Shown here piece by piece: positions 24,335 through 34,699 of a DNA stretch of 64,000 nucleotides (the stretch's first letter is position 1; each line of letters starts with the position of its first letter). The stretch is from Octopus bimaculoides (lineage: Eukaryota). Under the pieces are notes generated by a model, which saw only the letters and a list, made by a program, of their open reading frames with translations, was not told where the DNA came from and did not search any database. The position numbers were made by a program, and so were the translations under genes. The stretch is taken from positions 64,683,377-64,747,376 of the forward strand of contig NC_068982.1 of the NCBI RefSeq assembly GCF_001194135.2, written 5' to 3'.

Positions 24335-25435
24335 TATTTAAGATGGTGAGCTGGTAAATTCATTACTGTGCCAAACAAAGTGCTTAGCAGCATTTCAAAT
24401 GCTGCCTTGGTCATTTTTACCTTTCATCCTTTCAATATAAATAAAACAAGTACCAGTTGAGCAGTGGAGTCAATGTAATCGACTTACCCCTTCCCCTAAA
24501 ATTGCAGGCCTTGTTCCAAAATTTGAAACTATTATTATTATTATTTAAGGTGGTAAGCTGATAGGTTCATTACCATGCCAGACAAAATGCTTGGTGGTAT
24601 TTCTTCTAGCTTTATGTTCTGAGTTCAAATGCTGCCAAGGTTGGCTTTGACTTTCATACTTTTGGGGTCAATAAAATAAGTACCAGTTGAGCATTGAAGT
24701 TGATGAATTTGGAGTCAATAAAATAAATACCAGTGGAGCACTGGGGTCAATCTAACTGGCTTTCCACCTTCCCCAAAATTGATGGCCTTGTGCCAAAATT
24801 TGAAATCATTATTATTATTAAGGTGGTTAACTAGCAGAATCATTACCATGCTGAACAAAATACTTTGTGTAAGATGTAATGACTTCCTCCTCCCCTCAAA
24901 ATTGCTTTTCTTCTGCCAAAATTAGAAAGAATTATTATTATTAGTAGTAGTAAGGTGGTGAGTTGGCAGAATTGTTAACACACTGGGTAAAATGCTTAGC
25001 AGCATTTCAGCCATCTTTACATTCTGAGTTCAAATTCCACCAAGGTTGACTTTGCCTTTCATCCTTCTAGGGTCGATAAATTAAGTACCAGTCAAGCACT
25101 AGGGTTGATGTAACTGACTAGTCGCCTTCCACAAAATTTCAGGCCTTGTGCCTTTAGTAGAAAGGATTATAATTATTATTATTATTATTATAATAAAAGG
25201 TGGTGATCTGGCAGAATCGTTATCATGTAGGGAAAAATGCTTAGTGGCATTTCTTCTGACTTTACGTTCTGAGTTCAAATGCTGCTGGGGCCAACTTTGC
25301 CTTTCATCCTTACAGGGTCTATAGAATAAGTACTAGGTGAACACTGGGATGGATATAATCGATTTATCCCCTCAACCGAAATTACTGGCCTTTTGCCAAA
25401 AATTGAAATCATCATCATCATCATCATCATTATTA
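24335..25435 (+). mobile_element. Head-to-tail array of about 5-6 family B SINEs
   Basis: Each unit starts (ATT)nAAGGTGGT.AGCTG and ends GGCCTTGTGCC..(ATT)n. Confidence 0.85.
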
Positions 25436-25437
25436 TT

Positions 25438-25987
25438 GAGTGAGAGAGCAGTGCATGCCATCAAAGTGACACTGGGGTAAAATATACGAAGTCCATTATA
25501 CCCATCATGACTACCCGTCTGATAAGGGTACACCAAGCACATGCATCACTACCATATGTGCGCAACATGGTGATCTCATATCAAGATAAACAGCGCATGA
25601 CGTCGCAAGTGGGGCCCAGTTAGAATTTTCTTCAGGTTGAGTAGCCAATCCTGCTCAAAAGGTCCCTGAATAAGGTTTGTTTAAGGATGTTGAGCAAAAC
25701 ACCCATGTTTCCAAAGGTGAATTATTCAAACCCCAAAGAATTCCTCCCAACACATGGCTCTGATGTTCCCCCACTACTTCTGCTCATGATCAGAGATGCA
25801 CATATCGTCAGCCACCAAGGGACATGCTCAACTGGTTAAGGTCAAACAACTGACAAGCAAATCTGTGGTATTAAGCAGAATATTTGCTGTAGCCCATCTT
25901 TTATACCAAGACAAAACAATGTACATGATAACACTTCCAATCAATTAAGATCAGAGGCTATGAGAGCCACTGCCTGGTACTACATCC
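25438..25987 (-). mobile_element. About 550-bp GC-richer interspersed repeat candidate (family G)
   Basis: Compositionally distinct block bounded by (ATT)n tracts, with a minus-strand (AAT)n tail. Single copy in this window, so repeat status is inferred. Confidence 0.45.
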
Positions 25988-26288
25988 TTATTATTATTAT
26001 GTTGTAATGTAGGGGAAAAACTAGGAACTTAGATGTAACTAAATAAGCCTTAAGGGCCATCATTAAATCCTGATATATAAATATTAAACATACAGGCAAA
26101 CGTTTTGTTTTTTTTGTTTTTTTTTGTTTTTTGCGTCTCTTAATAACTTATTCAGTGCTGTAACACTTGTTGACACTTCTTTTTGGTATATCATAGTATT
26201 CTCCATTTTGTCATACTAAATTATTTTTCTTGGAACTGTTATTTCTACAACAAACTGCCCTCTGAGGAAAGAGGGGAACGCTTTATGG

Positions 26289-26559
26289 CAGTGGTTCTCA
26301 ATCAGGGTCCATATGGCCCTTGGTGGTCCATAAATGATTTTGTAGTTAAAATTTATGTGCAATAAATTGCTTATACTTCTACAATACACAAAATATTTTA
26401 AGCTTTTTTTTTTATACAGTTCTAAATATTTTATTATAAAAATACAGTAGGATTTTATATATATATATATATATATATACATTGAATGGCTATGGAGGTC
26501 CAGTAGAGTAAATTAGGAATCAAAGGGATCCATAGACAAAAAATGGTTGAGAACCACCG
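26289..26559. mobile_element. hAT (Charlie-like) MITE
   Basis: TIRs CAGTGGTTCTCAA / TTGAGAACCACCG. 8-bp TSD CTTTATGG / CTTTATAG. Confidence 0.88.
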
Positions 26560-27887
26560 CTTTATAGTAACTAAACTGGGGCAAGCAGAGTTATGTACCT
26601 TACCCATTAACATTCTTTCTTCCTTCGTCTTGTATATCTTCTATGATCAAATCATTTGTAACTGTTCTCTATTTCACTATAATGCAATTTCATTTCCTAC
26701 ATTTTACCTCCATACATAAACTCAGACATCAATCATTTAATTAATCAACAAACCTTGATGTTAAGAAGAGCATCCAGCCATAGAAACTATACCAAAACTG
26801 AAACATACGAGTGAAATATCATCCTCCAACCCATCTAGGTAGACAGTAAATCCAAGTAAGAACTGACTTGGACTGCAATGACCTATCTAACCCATGCCAG
26901 CTTGGAAAGTGGACACGAAATGATGATGATGATGATTGACTAAAACTACTGAAACTATATTACTCCAAGAAGGATTTTGCTTCTGTTTAAGCTCTCATGA
27001 AAGCAACTCACATAGGTAAACACACTAACTTTGAAAGACTATTACTACTACTAATATTACTACTATCCTACTATTACAACTATATATGCTGGAGCAAAAT
27101 ATAAAGAAGGAAGTTTATCTAGACTTACAACTAAGAGCAGACCTAATAAAAAAATTCACCTGAGAATCCATGAATTAGTATTCTATAGATCTATTTTTCT
27201 CAACATCAAAGATTTGTGTGTTATATCTAAGCACTCAGTGGAAAGGAATGTATGTGTTCATTGAGAGAGGCACCAAATACGAGAAAATGAATTTAAAATA
27301 CTCAAAACCAAAGTCTGTCTCAAGCCTACATGTGAGGTTGAAGATTATCCAGGTTTTCAAGATGTTTTAGGTTGAGAGTGTAACTTCTCTCACTCTGAAC
27401 AGGATACCAATCCATCACAGGATCAACTTCTTTTCGGGACAACATCATAGTATTCTCCATTTTGTCATGCTAAATTAGTTTTCTTGGAACTGATATTTCT
27501 ACAACAAACTGCCCTCCCTTTTTCACAGTTAATTAGTGAAATATTGAGGAAAGAGGGAAATGCTTTATAGCAGTGGTTCTCAATCAGGGAAATATATACT
27601 TATTTTTGCTGGAGTGTACTGAAGCAATGTGAAATGAAATGTCTTGCTCAAGGACCCAACCTGTTTCTCAGTGTGAGAATTGAACCTATAATCTAAAGAT
27701 CATGAATCCAACATTCTAACCACTAGGCCACACACTTTCATTAAAGCTACTATGATTAACAATAATTGTATGACATAATCATGGTGGGAGGATTTGTCAT
27801 GAAAACAGTGTATGGAGTCTATAATTCAACAAAAGATAGGTTGGAAAATAGTGATCTAAACTATATTGACAACACAGAAGTCATTAA

Positions 27888-28086
27888 CCCTTTAGTATTT
27901 AAACCAGTCATATCTGGCCCAAATACTCCTCCTGTTTTATGTTCAAACCATCAAGATCCAGCCTCTCACTCCTATCCTACAATGACATCATCGAATTCTG
28001 AAAGTTATGAGATAATGCATGATTAATTCAAAACAATGTGAATAAATAAGCATTACACTTGACAGAGTAATCTGAATACTAAAGGA
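27888..28086. mobile_element. piggyBac-like MITE
   Basis: TTAA|CCCTTTAGTATT ... AATACTAAAGGA|TTAA. Related copies at 59342-59546 (opposite orientation) and from 55333 (interrupted). Confidence 0.8.
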
Positions 28087-28550
28087 TTAAGAAATTTGTT
28101 TTTATTATTTGTAGATAAGGTAACAAATAATAGCATGTAAATATTGAATTAAAAAACTTTTTGGTTATTGAGTTAGTCTTTACTGAAAATAATAATCTGA
28201 TATAATTTAGATAATTTAATAATTACATATATAACATGTATATATATGATACATATATAATATAAAGCAACATTAAAATACAAATTCAAAACCAAAGAAA
28301 ATACAAGCATGAATTAAAGAAGAAAAAAAAAGGAAAAAGAGGAAGATAGAAAGAATATGCTATCATTTATAGCTTTTCTATTTGGAGTTCCACAGTTAAA
28401 AATGAATTTTTTCAAGTCTCTTGAAGTTTCTAAATCATTGTTTTCCTAGAAAGATTTGAAGAAAAAAATGTAAATAAAATATCCTTAAAGGAAAAGAGAA
28501 AACATTTTTAATTCATTAATTACTTTTCTTTTTTTTTTTTCACCTTGCAG

Positions 28551-28651
28551 GCTATATCAATTTTATACCTAATTTGCCTTCAGAAAAACGAGAACTTATT
28601 AAATATATGCAACCTGGTAATTTAACTAAGGTGATATTCACATATAAGGAG
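28551..28651 (+). CDS. MAO-like: MAO-like exon with the conserved flavin-oxidase lysine
   Basis: Long pyrimidine tract, ttgcag|GC ... GAG|gttggt. GYINFIPNLPSEKRELIKYMQPGNLTKVIITYKE resembles MAO [32 protein letters not shown]. Phase 1 to 0. Confidence 0.9.
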
Positions 28652-29210
28652 GTTGGTATTTCTATCGAATAACATCACGCTTGTCTGCAATAAATTAATT
28701 TATGTATTTATGTGTGTAGGTGTGTGATGAGCATCAACAAACATACATACATACATACATACATACATACATACATACATACATACATACATACATGCAT
28801 GCATGCATGCATGCATGCATATATGAATACGTCCGAGCATGATCATTGCCAGAGCAGCTGTCTGGATTCCGTGCCGGTGACACGTGAATAGCACCATTTG
28901 AGCATGATCGTTACCAGCGTCGCCTTACTGGCACGTGAAAAAACATTCGAGCGAGGTCATTGCCGGTGCCACTGGACTGGCTCCTGTGCAGGTGGCACGT
29001 AAAAACACCATTTGAGCGTGGCTGTTGCCAGTACCGCCTGCCGGTGGCACGTAAAAGCACTCACTATACTCTCAGAGTGGTTGGAGTTAGGAAGGGCATC
29101 CAGCTGTAGAAACTCTGCCAGATCAGATTGGAGCCTGGTGCAGCCATCTGGTTCGCCAGTCCTCTGTCAAATCGTCCAACCCATGCTAGCATGAAAAGCG
29201 GACGTTAAAC

Positions 29211-29241
<31 letters not shown>

Positions 29242-29293
29242 ACAATGAAAAGAAGAAGAAAACAAAAAAAATATTTAACACATCATTAATTAT

Positions 29294-29411
29294 AAGTTAC
29301 AATTGTTTCCGTATCATCTCTATTTGCAACACCAGTTTATGCAAAAATTCTAAATGAAAATTCATGTAATGTTTGCAGTTTTAGACATTAGAGAGGCATT
29401 TCATCAGACTT
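29294..29411 (-). ncRNA. Degenerate Penelope-type hammerhead motif with long stem II
   Basis: Minus strand reads AAGT CTGATGA ..TCTCTA-(long loop)-TAGAGA.. GAAAC AATT GTA ACTT. The base of stem II pairs poorly. Confidence 0.45.
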
Positions 29412-30306
29412 GCATCAAAGGTGTGTTGTGCTAAATATTTTAGCAAATTTTAAATCTTGAGTTCACTAAATATTTTGATAAACTGACAATCAAGACTTTT
29501 TTTCACTCATAAATGTACACTGATCGGTTTTAGTATATTGACATTACCCATCAGTGGGTGAATTACTTTGATTGACTAATAAGCTAATTACTGTTCAAAT
29601 AGTATCTCCACTTGTAAGAGTTTCTAATTCTAATATCATGACACCAGAAGAACTAAAACTTACAGCAATAACTTTAATTACTATTTCATGACCAGTAAGG
29701 GCAGTGGGTTGGAAAAATTGTTAGACAAACGACCATGTGGTATTTGTTCTGGCTTTTTATATCCTGAGTTCAAATCTTGTAGTGTTCAAATCCCAACTTT
29801 TATCCTTCTTGAGCCAGGAAAACAAATCAACTAACCACTCTTCAAAACTTCATGATTTTGTACTTATGTTAGAAATTATCATTACAATTATTATTACTAC
29901 GTGCTTATACATTCAAAAAACAGCGCAGCACCTTTGATTTTTGGAACCATTTTTGAAATGATCAGAATTTTCAAAGCAGGGAATAAACCACCCATATCAG
30001 TTATTAGCAGTCAGGATACTACATCCTTCAAAAATTCTATGCTTTTCAAAATTTTCCAACACTACTCCAGATATACTTAAGCATTCTTTTCCCTTTATGA
30101 CTTTTTTACTTTACTCTTTTACTTGTTTCAGTCATTTGACTGTGGCCATGCTGGAGCACTGCCTTTAGTCGAGCAAATTGACCCCAGGACTTATTCTTTG
30201 TAAGCCTAGTACTGATTCTATCAGTCTCTTTTGCCGAACCGCTAAGTTACAGGGACGTAAACACACCAGCATCGGTTGTCAAGCGATGTTGAGAGGACAA
30301 ACACAC

Positions 30307-30337
<31 letters not shown>

Positions 30338-30769
30338 CATATATACGACAGGCTTCTTTCAGTTTCTGTCTACCAAATCCACTCACAAGGCTTTGGTCGG
30401 CCCGAGGCTATAGCAGAAGACACTTGCCCAAGGTGCCATGCAGTGGGACTGAACCTGGAACCATGTGGTTGGTAAGCAAGCTACTTACCACACAGCCACT
30501 CCTGCGCCTACTGTGTGTTTTATTCTATGTACTGTGCATGTACTTCTAGCTTTCATTGCTGACTTTCTTTACTTGACAGAGCTCTTACTCTACCCACTTC
30601 TTCTGTCTTTCTGTCTCTCTCTCACACACACACACATTCATACACATCTACATTACAAACACATACACACGCACATTACACATATACTCTCATACACATC
30701 CAACCATTATTTGTTCAATTCACTGAAGAAATCTGATATAATTATTTCCATTGTTTATTCTCCTTGCAG

Positions 30770-30922
30770 GCATTTTGGAGAAAAAAGAAATTCTCCGGTG
30801 AAATAGTTACAAGTGTGGGCCCCGTGTGTATTGTGTATGATTGTTCCAGTTTATCACCGCCAATTCCTGCTCTTCTGGCCTTTGTTGGTGGAGACCAGAT
30901 GGTTCAATGGCGTCAAGTTGAA
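30770..30922 (+). CDS. MAO-like: MAO-like exon
   Basis: ttgcag|GCA ... GAA|gtaagg. AFWRKKKFSGEIVTSVGPVCIVYDCSSLSPPIPALLAFVGGDQMVQWRQVE resembles MAO PFWRKKDYCG. Phase 0 to 0. Confidence 0.93.
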
Positions 30923-31609
30923 GTAAGGACACAATATAATTTTTAATGTTAGCAGTTGTCTGCTTGAATATTTGCAAATGTTTATTTGTAATGTATTACT
31001 TACACAGTACAGTATCATCGGCTATCTGTATGTGTGTGTGTGTAGAAAAATATAGGCACGCCATCAGCCATACCTCCATCCCTTTTCTTCTCTCACTACC
31101 TCCACCTCTAGCCCCATCTTTAGCTATCTGTCACTCTCTTCTCACACTCTTATGAGATTACCCACATTTTCCTACCCTCCTGATCCAGTCTATATTCTAT
31201 TCCATACTCACCTTGTACCCTGAGAATATGCTCTGGCACTCTCCTTTCCAGCTACTCTTACTCACCCTCTCATAATGCAGAGTAGCTATGTATCTCCTTT
31301 AATGACACCTGTGCTTATCCTTCTATCATTCATTCTTTAGTCTTCAACACCTGGCATAAATCTACCTCCCCCTCTCTTAAGTACACTTCCTTTCAGTTGC
31401 GGGGGGTGGGGAGCTTTTCCTTTTCCTTTCTTTACTTTGTCTTGCAAATAACATGGTAACCTCATGAGTGCTGGCATTATGGAAAAAGTACCTACACTGT
31501 CAAGTGGTTGGTATTAAGAGGGGTATCCAGCCTTAGAAATCATGCCTAAACTGACATTGGGAGCTGAGGTAACTCTGTGGCTTGTTGGCTCCTATCAAAC
31601 TGTCTAACC

Positions 31610-31884
31610 CAGGGGTTTTCAAACTTTTTGACTTGCGGACCCCTTTATATTTCAGGCTTTACCTTAGGGACCCCCTTATAAACGCTTATGAAATTTATAC
31701 ATAAATATTTGCTTAAAATAACATATATTTTTACATTTGTTTATTTAACAGTATTTAACAAATAGGTTTATTGTCAATTAAAAGATTTCGATTAAAAACC
31801 ATATATAAAATCAAATTGCCCATAAAAAGTATTTGCTGTTCACGGACCCCCTGTGGTCCACAGACCACAGTTTGAAAACCACTG
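31610..31884. mobile_element. hAT MITE inserted in an RTE-type SINE tail
   Basis: TIRs CAGGGGTTTTCAAACT / AGTTTGAAAACCACTG. Perfect 8-bp TSD GTCTAACC at 31602-31609 and 31885-31892. Confidence 0.92.
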
Positions 31885-32052
31885 GTCTAACCCATGCCAG
31901 CATGGAAAACAGACGTTAAATGTAGATGATAATGATCTTGATCATCATCATCATTATCATCATCTTCATCATCATCATCATTGAAGTATTTCTGATAAAT
32001 ATTTCTACATCAGTATTAACATAATTTATAACCTTGTTTCATTTTTTTTCAG

Positions 32053-32237
32053 GAACCCATTTTTGTAAAAGCTGTTCTAGACTGTCTTGAGAAATTTCTA
32101 GGTCCTGAAGTGAAGGATTTTATAAGTGTTGCTAGTATGGACTGGGCACAGGAGCCTTATGTATTGGGAAGTCCAACAAGTATGATTGTTCCAGGTGGAA
32201 CAAAATACTTTCCAAATATGCGGAAACCTTACCTTCG
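32053..32237 (+). CDS. MAO-like: MAO-like exon (region equivalent to the MAO SGGCY motif)
   Basis: tttcag|GAA ... TTCG|gtaaat. EPIFVKAVLDCLEKFLGPEVKDFISVASMDWAQEPYVLGSPTSMIVPGGTKYFPNMRKPYL resembles MAO [20 protein letters not shown]..LRQP. Phase 0 to 2. Confidence 0.92.
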
Positions 32238-33001
32238 GTAAATATCTGACATACTATAAATTTGGTATAAAATGAGAAATTAGCTAAAGGTTGTTTTACT
32301 TTATAGTTGAGATTATGGATATTTTATATGCTGTACTTGACTCCTATTAATATTGGCTGGGGCATGCAGTCAGGGATATATTATGTGATGGAATATTCCT
32401 AGAATTTCCAATTAATATTTCACTTTCATGTTAGCATGGTAGAACTTATTATTTCTTCCAGCATTGCAAGATAACAAAGCACTGTCAAATATAAAATGTT
32501 CCCAACTATTTACAAATATAAAATAGCTGGAAATTAAATGTCATTGCCAAAGTCACAGCATGTTGTTGATTATAATACACAAGCTAGTAAACTATCAATT
32601 CAACTTGTTGCATATTTGTAATTTATCTTATATTTACAGGTTATAGTTGGGTTTAGTTTTTACCAATGTCCTCTATCTCTTGTATTATAATTTCTTTATT
32701 TCCTTAATCATGGCATCAAACTGTACTGAAGATCCATAAGATTTGAATTATGGAGCTTGGATTTTCTGAACAATATCTACAGTTCTCTATTTGTGAAAAA
32801 AAGTTTTACACAAAAATATGAACCATGACATGCATTTAGTGAGATATGTATTGTTGATTACTGAGCAATATTTATTAGTTGTGATATATTCTTATTTATT
32901 TACCAGTTATAGTAAACACATGTTACTTATTACTAAAGCACCTCTACACAGGCCTTCAACCTGCAAGAAATAACAGCCAAATATCCATCTAACCAGACTG
33001 T

Positions 33002-33385
33002 TGTTGGCACTTCATCGCTTATGACGTCGAGGGTTCCAGTTGATCCGATCAATTGAACAGCCTGCTCGTGAAATTAACGTGCAAGTGGCTGAGCACTCCA
33101 CAGACACATGTACCCTTAACGTAGTTCTCGGGAATATTCAGTGTGACACAGAGTGTGACAAGGCTGACCCTTTGAATTACAGGCACAACAGAAACAGGAA
33201 GTAAGAGTGAGAGAAAGTTGTGGTGGAAGAGTACAGCAGGGTTCGCCACCATCCCCTGCCGGAGCCTCATGGAGCTTTAGATGTTTTCGCTCAATAAACA
33301 CTCACAACGCCCGGTCTGGGAATCGAAACCACAATCCTATGACCGCGTGTCCGCTACCCTAACCACTGGGCCATTGCGCCTCCAC
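33002..33385 (-). mobile_element. SINE family D, full-length
   Basis: tRNA-like head (GTGGAGGCGCAATGGCCCAGTGGTTAGGG) and (AAC)n tail. 12-bp TSD TAACCAGACTGT / TAAACAGACTGT. Confidence 0.88.
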
Positions 33386-33680
33386 TAAACAGACTGTACT
33401 AGCTTAAAAAAGAGAACAAACTAGATACAGAGCTAATTTATAGTTAATTTGATGAATCCCAATGTATTACTGGTTCTTATTTTATTGTCCTTTGAAAACT
33501 GAACAACGACAGCCCTGGCTGGATTTTTAATGCAAAATGTAACATGAAACTAAATGCTGTAAGATATATTTAATCCAACACTGTACCATTTGTACCACCT
33601 TTGCTGCTCTTGCACCATAACTTACATTTGTCTATTATATAGTCTAACTAACAGAAATCATTATGTTCCTATTCCTTCAG

Positions 33681-33768
33681 ATTGCTTTTTGCTGGTACGG
33701 AAACAGCGACTCAGTGTTGTGGGTACATGAGTGGTGCCATACAAGCTGGACAAAGAGCAGCAAAAGAG
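33681..33768 (+). CDS. MAO-like: MAO-like exon (C-terminal FAD-binding motif)
   Basis: cttcag|A ... GAG|gtaagt. [29 protein letters not shown] is a near-canonical match to [32 protein letters not shown]. Phase 2 to 0. Confidence 0.96.
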
Positions 33769-34507
33769 GTAAGTTTTCAATTATTTGACAAACCAGATCT
33801 GACTTTTTTTTTTCCTATTCAATCACCATTTACAGACTCTTTGTTCCTTGTGTAGATGTTTCAGGGCAGATAAGATTAGTGAAGCCTATTCCTTTTTTAG
33901 TAATACCCACATAAGCAGTTGAATTCAACATTGCAAATTAACAAAATACTTTCTACATGACAGTGTTCTCACTACCTAGATCATTGTGTCATACTAACCA
34001 TAAACAAATACCTTTTGATATCTGTTTATGGCTTGTAGGACTGAAGTTGTGTGGTATGAGTTAAGTACCTTGGCTACAGTCCTAGTTTATTACTAGTGAC
34101 TGCTCACCACCCTATAATTTTTCCTCCAAGATACCAAGGAAATATTTTGGCCAACAGTTTACAAAAAAAGATGAACTCTTAAGATATTGTATTGATAATT
34201 TTTCTTTCTTAGTATTTCTACTGGATTTTAAGGTGACGAGCTGGCAGAATCATTAACACGCCAGGCAAAATGCTACAAAGCATTGTCTGCCTTAACATTC
34301 TGAGTTCAAACTCCACCGAGGTTGACTTCACCTTTCATCCTTTCAGGGTGGATAAAATAAGTACAAGTTGAACATTGGGGTCGATGTAATCGATTTAACC
34401 CCTTCCCCAAAATTGCTGGTCTTGTGCCAAAATTTGAAATCAATATTTCTACTGGATACAAAGAAAACGTTAAAATTTTTTATCACATTTCTTTTCCTTC
34501 CTTTCAG

Positions 34508-34699
34508 ACTCTGTTTTTGGAAGATCCATCTCTCCTGGATCCCAAATCACTTGAAGATACAGTTTTCAGAGATGAAAGTTTTTTTAAGAATAAACAACGA
34601 AAGAAAAAATTTTCATGGACAAACAAAGTTGTTGGTGTTGGAATAGGTTTAACTGCTGGTTTAGCTGCCTGGAAGTTAGCTACAAAATTTAGACATTAG
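34508..34699 (+). CDS. MAO-like: MAO-like terminal exon with C-terminal membrane anchor
   Basis: tttcag|ACT, phase 0. Reads TLFLEDPSLL...KNKQRKKKFSWTNKVVGVGIGLTAGLAAWKLATKFRH-stop: a hydrophobic helix flanked by basic residues, as in MAO tails. AATAAA at 34785-34790. Confidence 0.85.
   Translation, partial: TLFLEDPSLLDPKSLEDTVFRDESFFKNKQRKKKFSWTNKVVGVGIGLTAGLAAWKLATKFRH

Noticed and set aside
28840-29060. Regularly spaced repeats superficially like a CRISPR array
   Set aside because: The context is eukaryotic, the units are degenerate tandem copies without unique spacers, and no cas genes are present.
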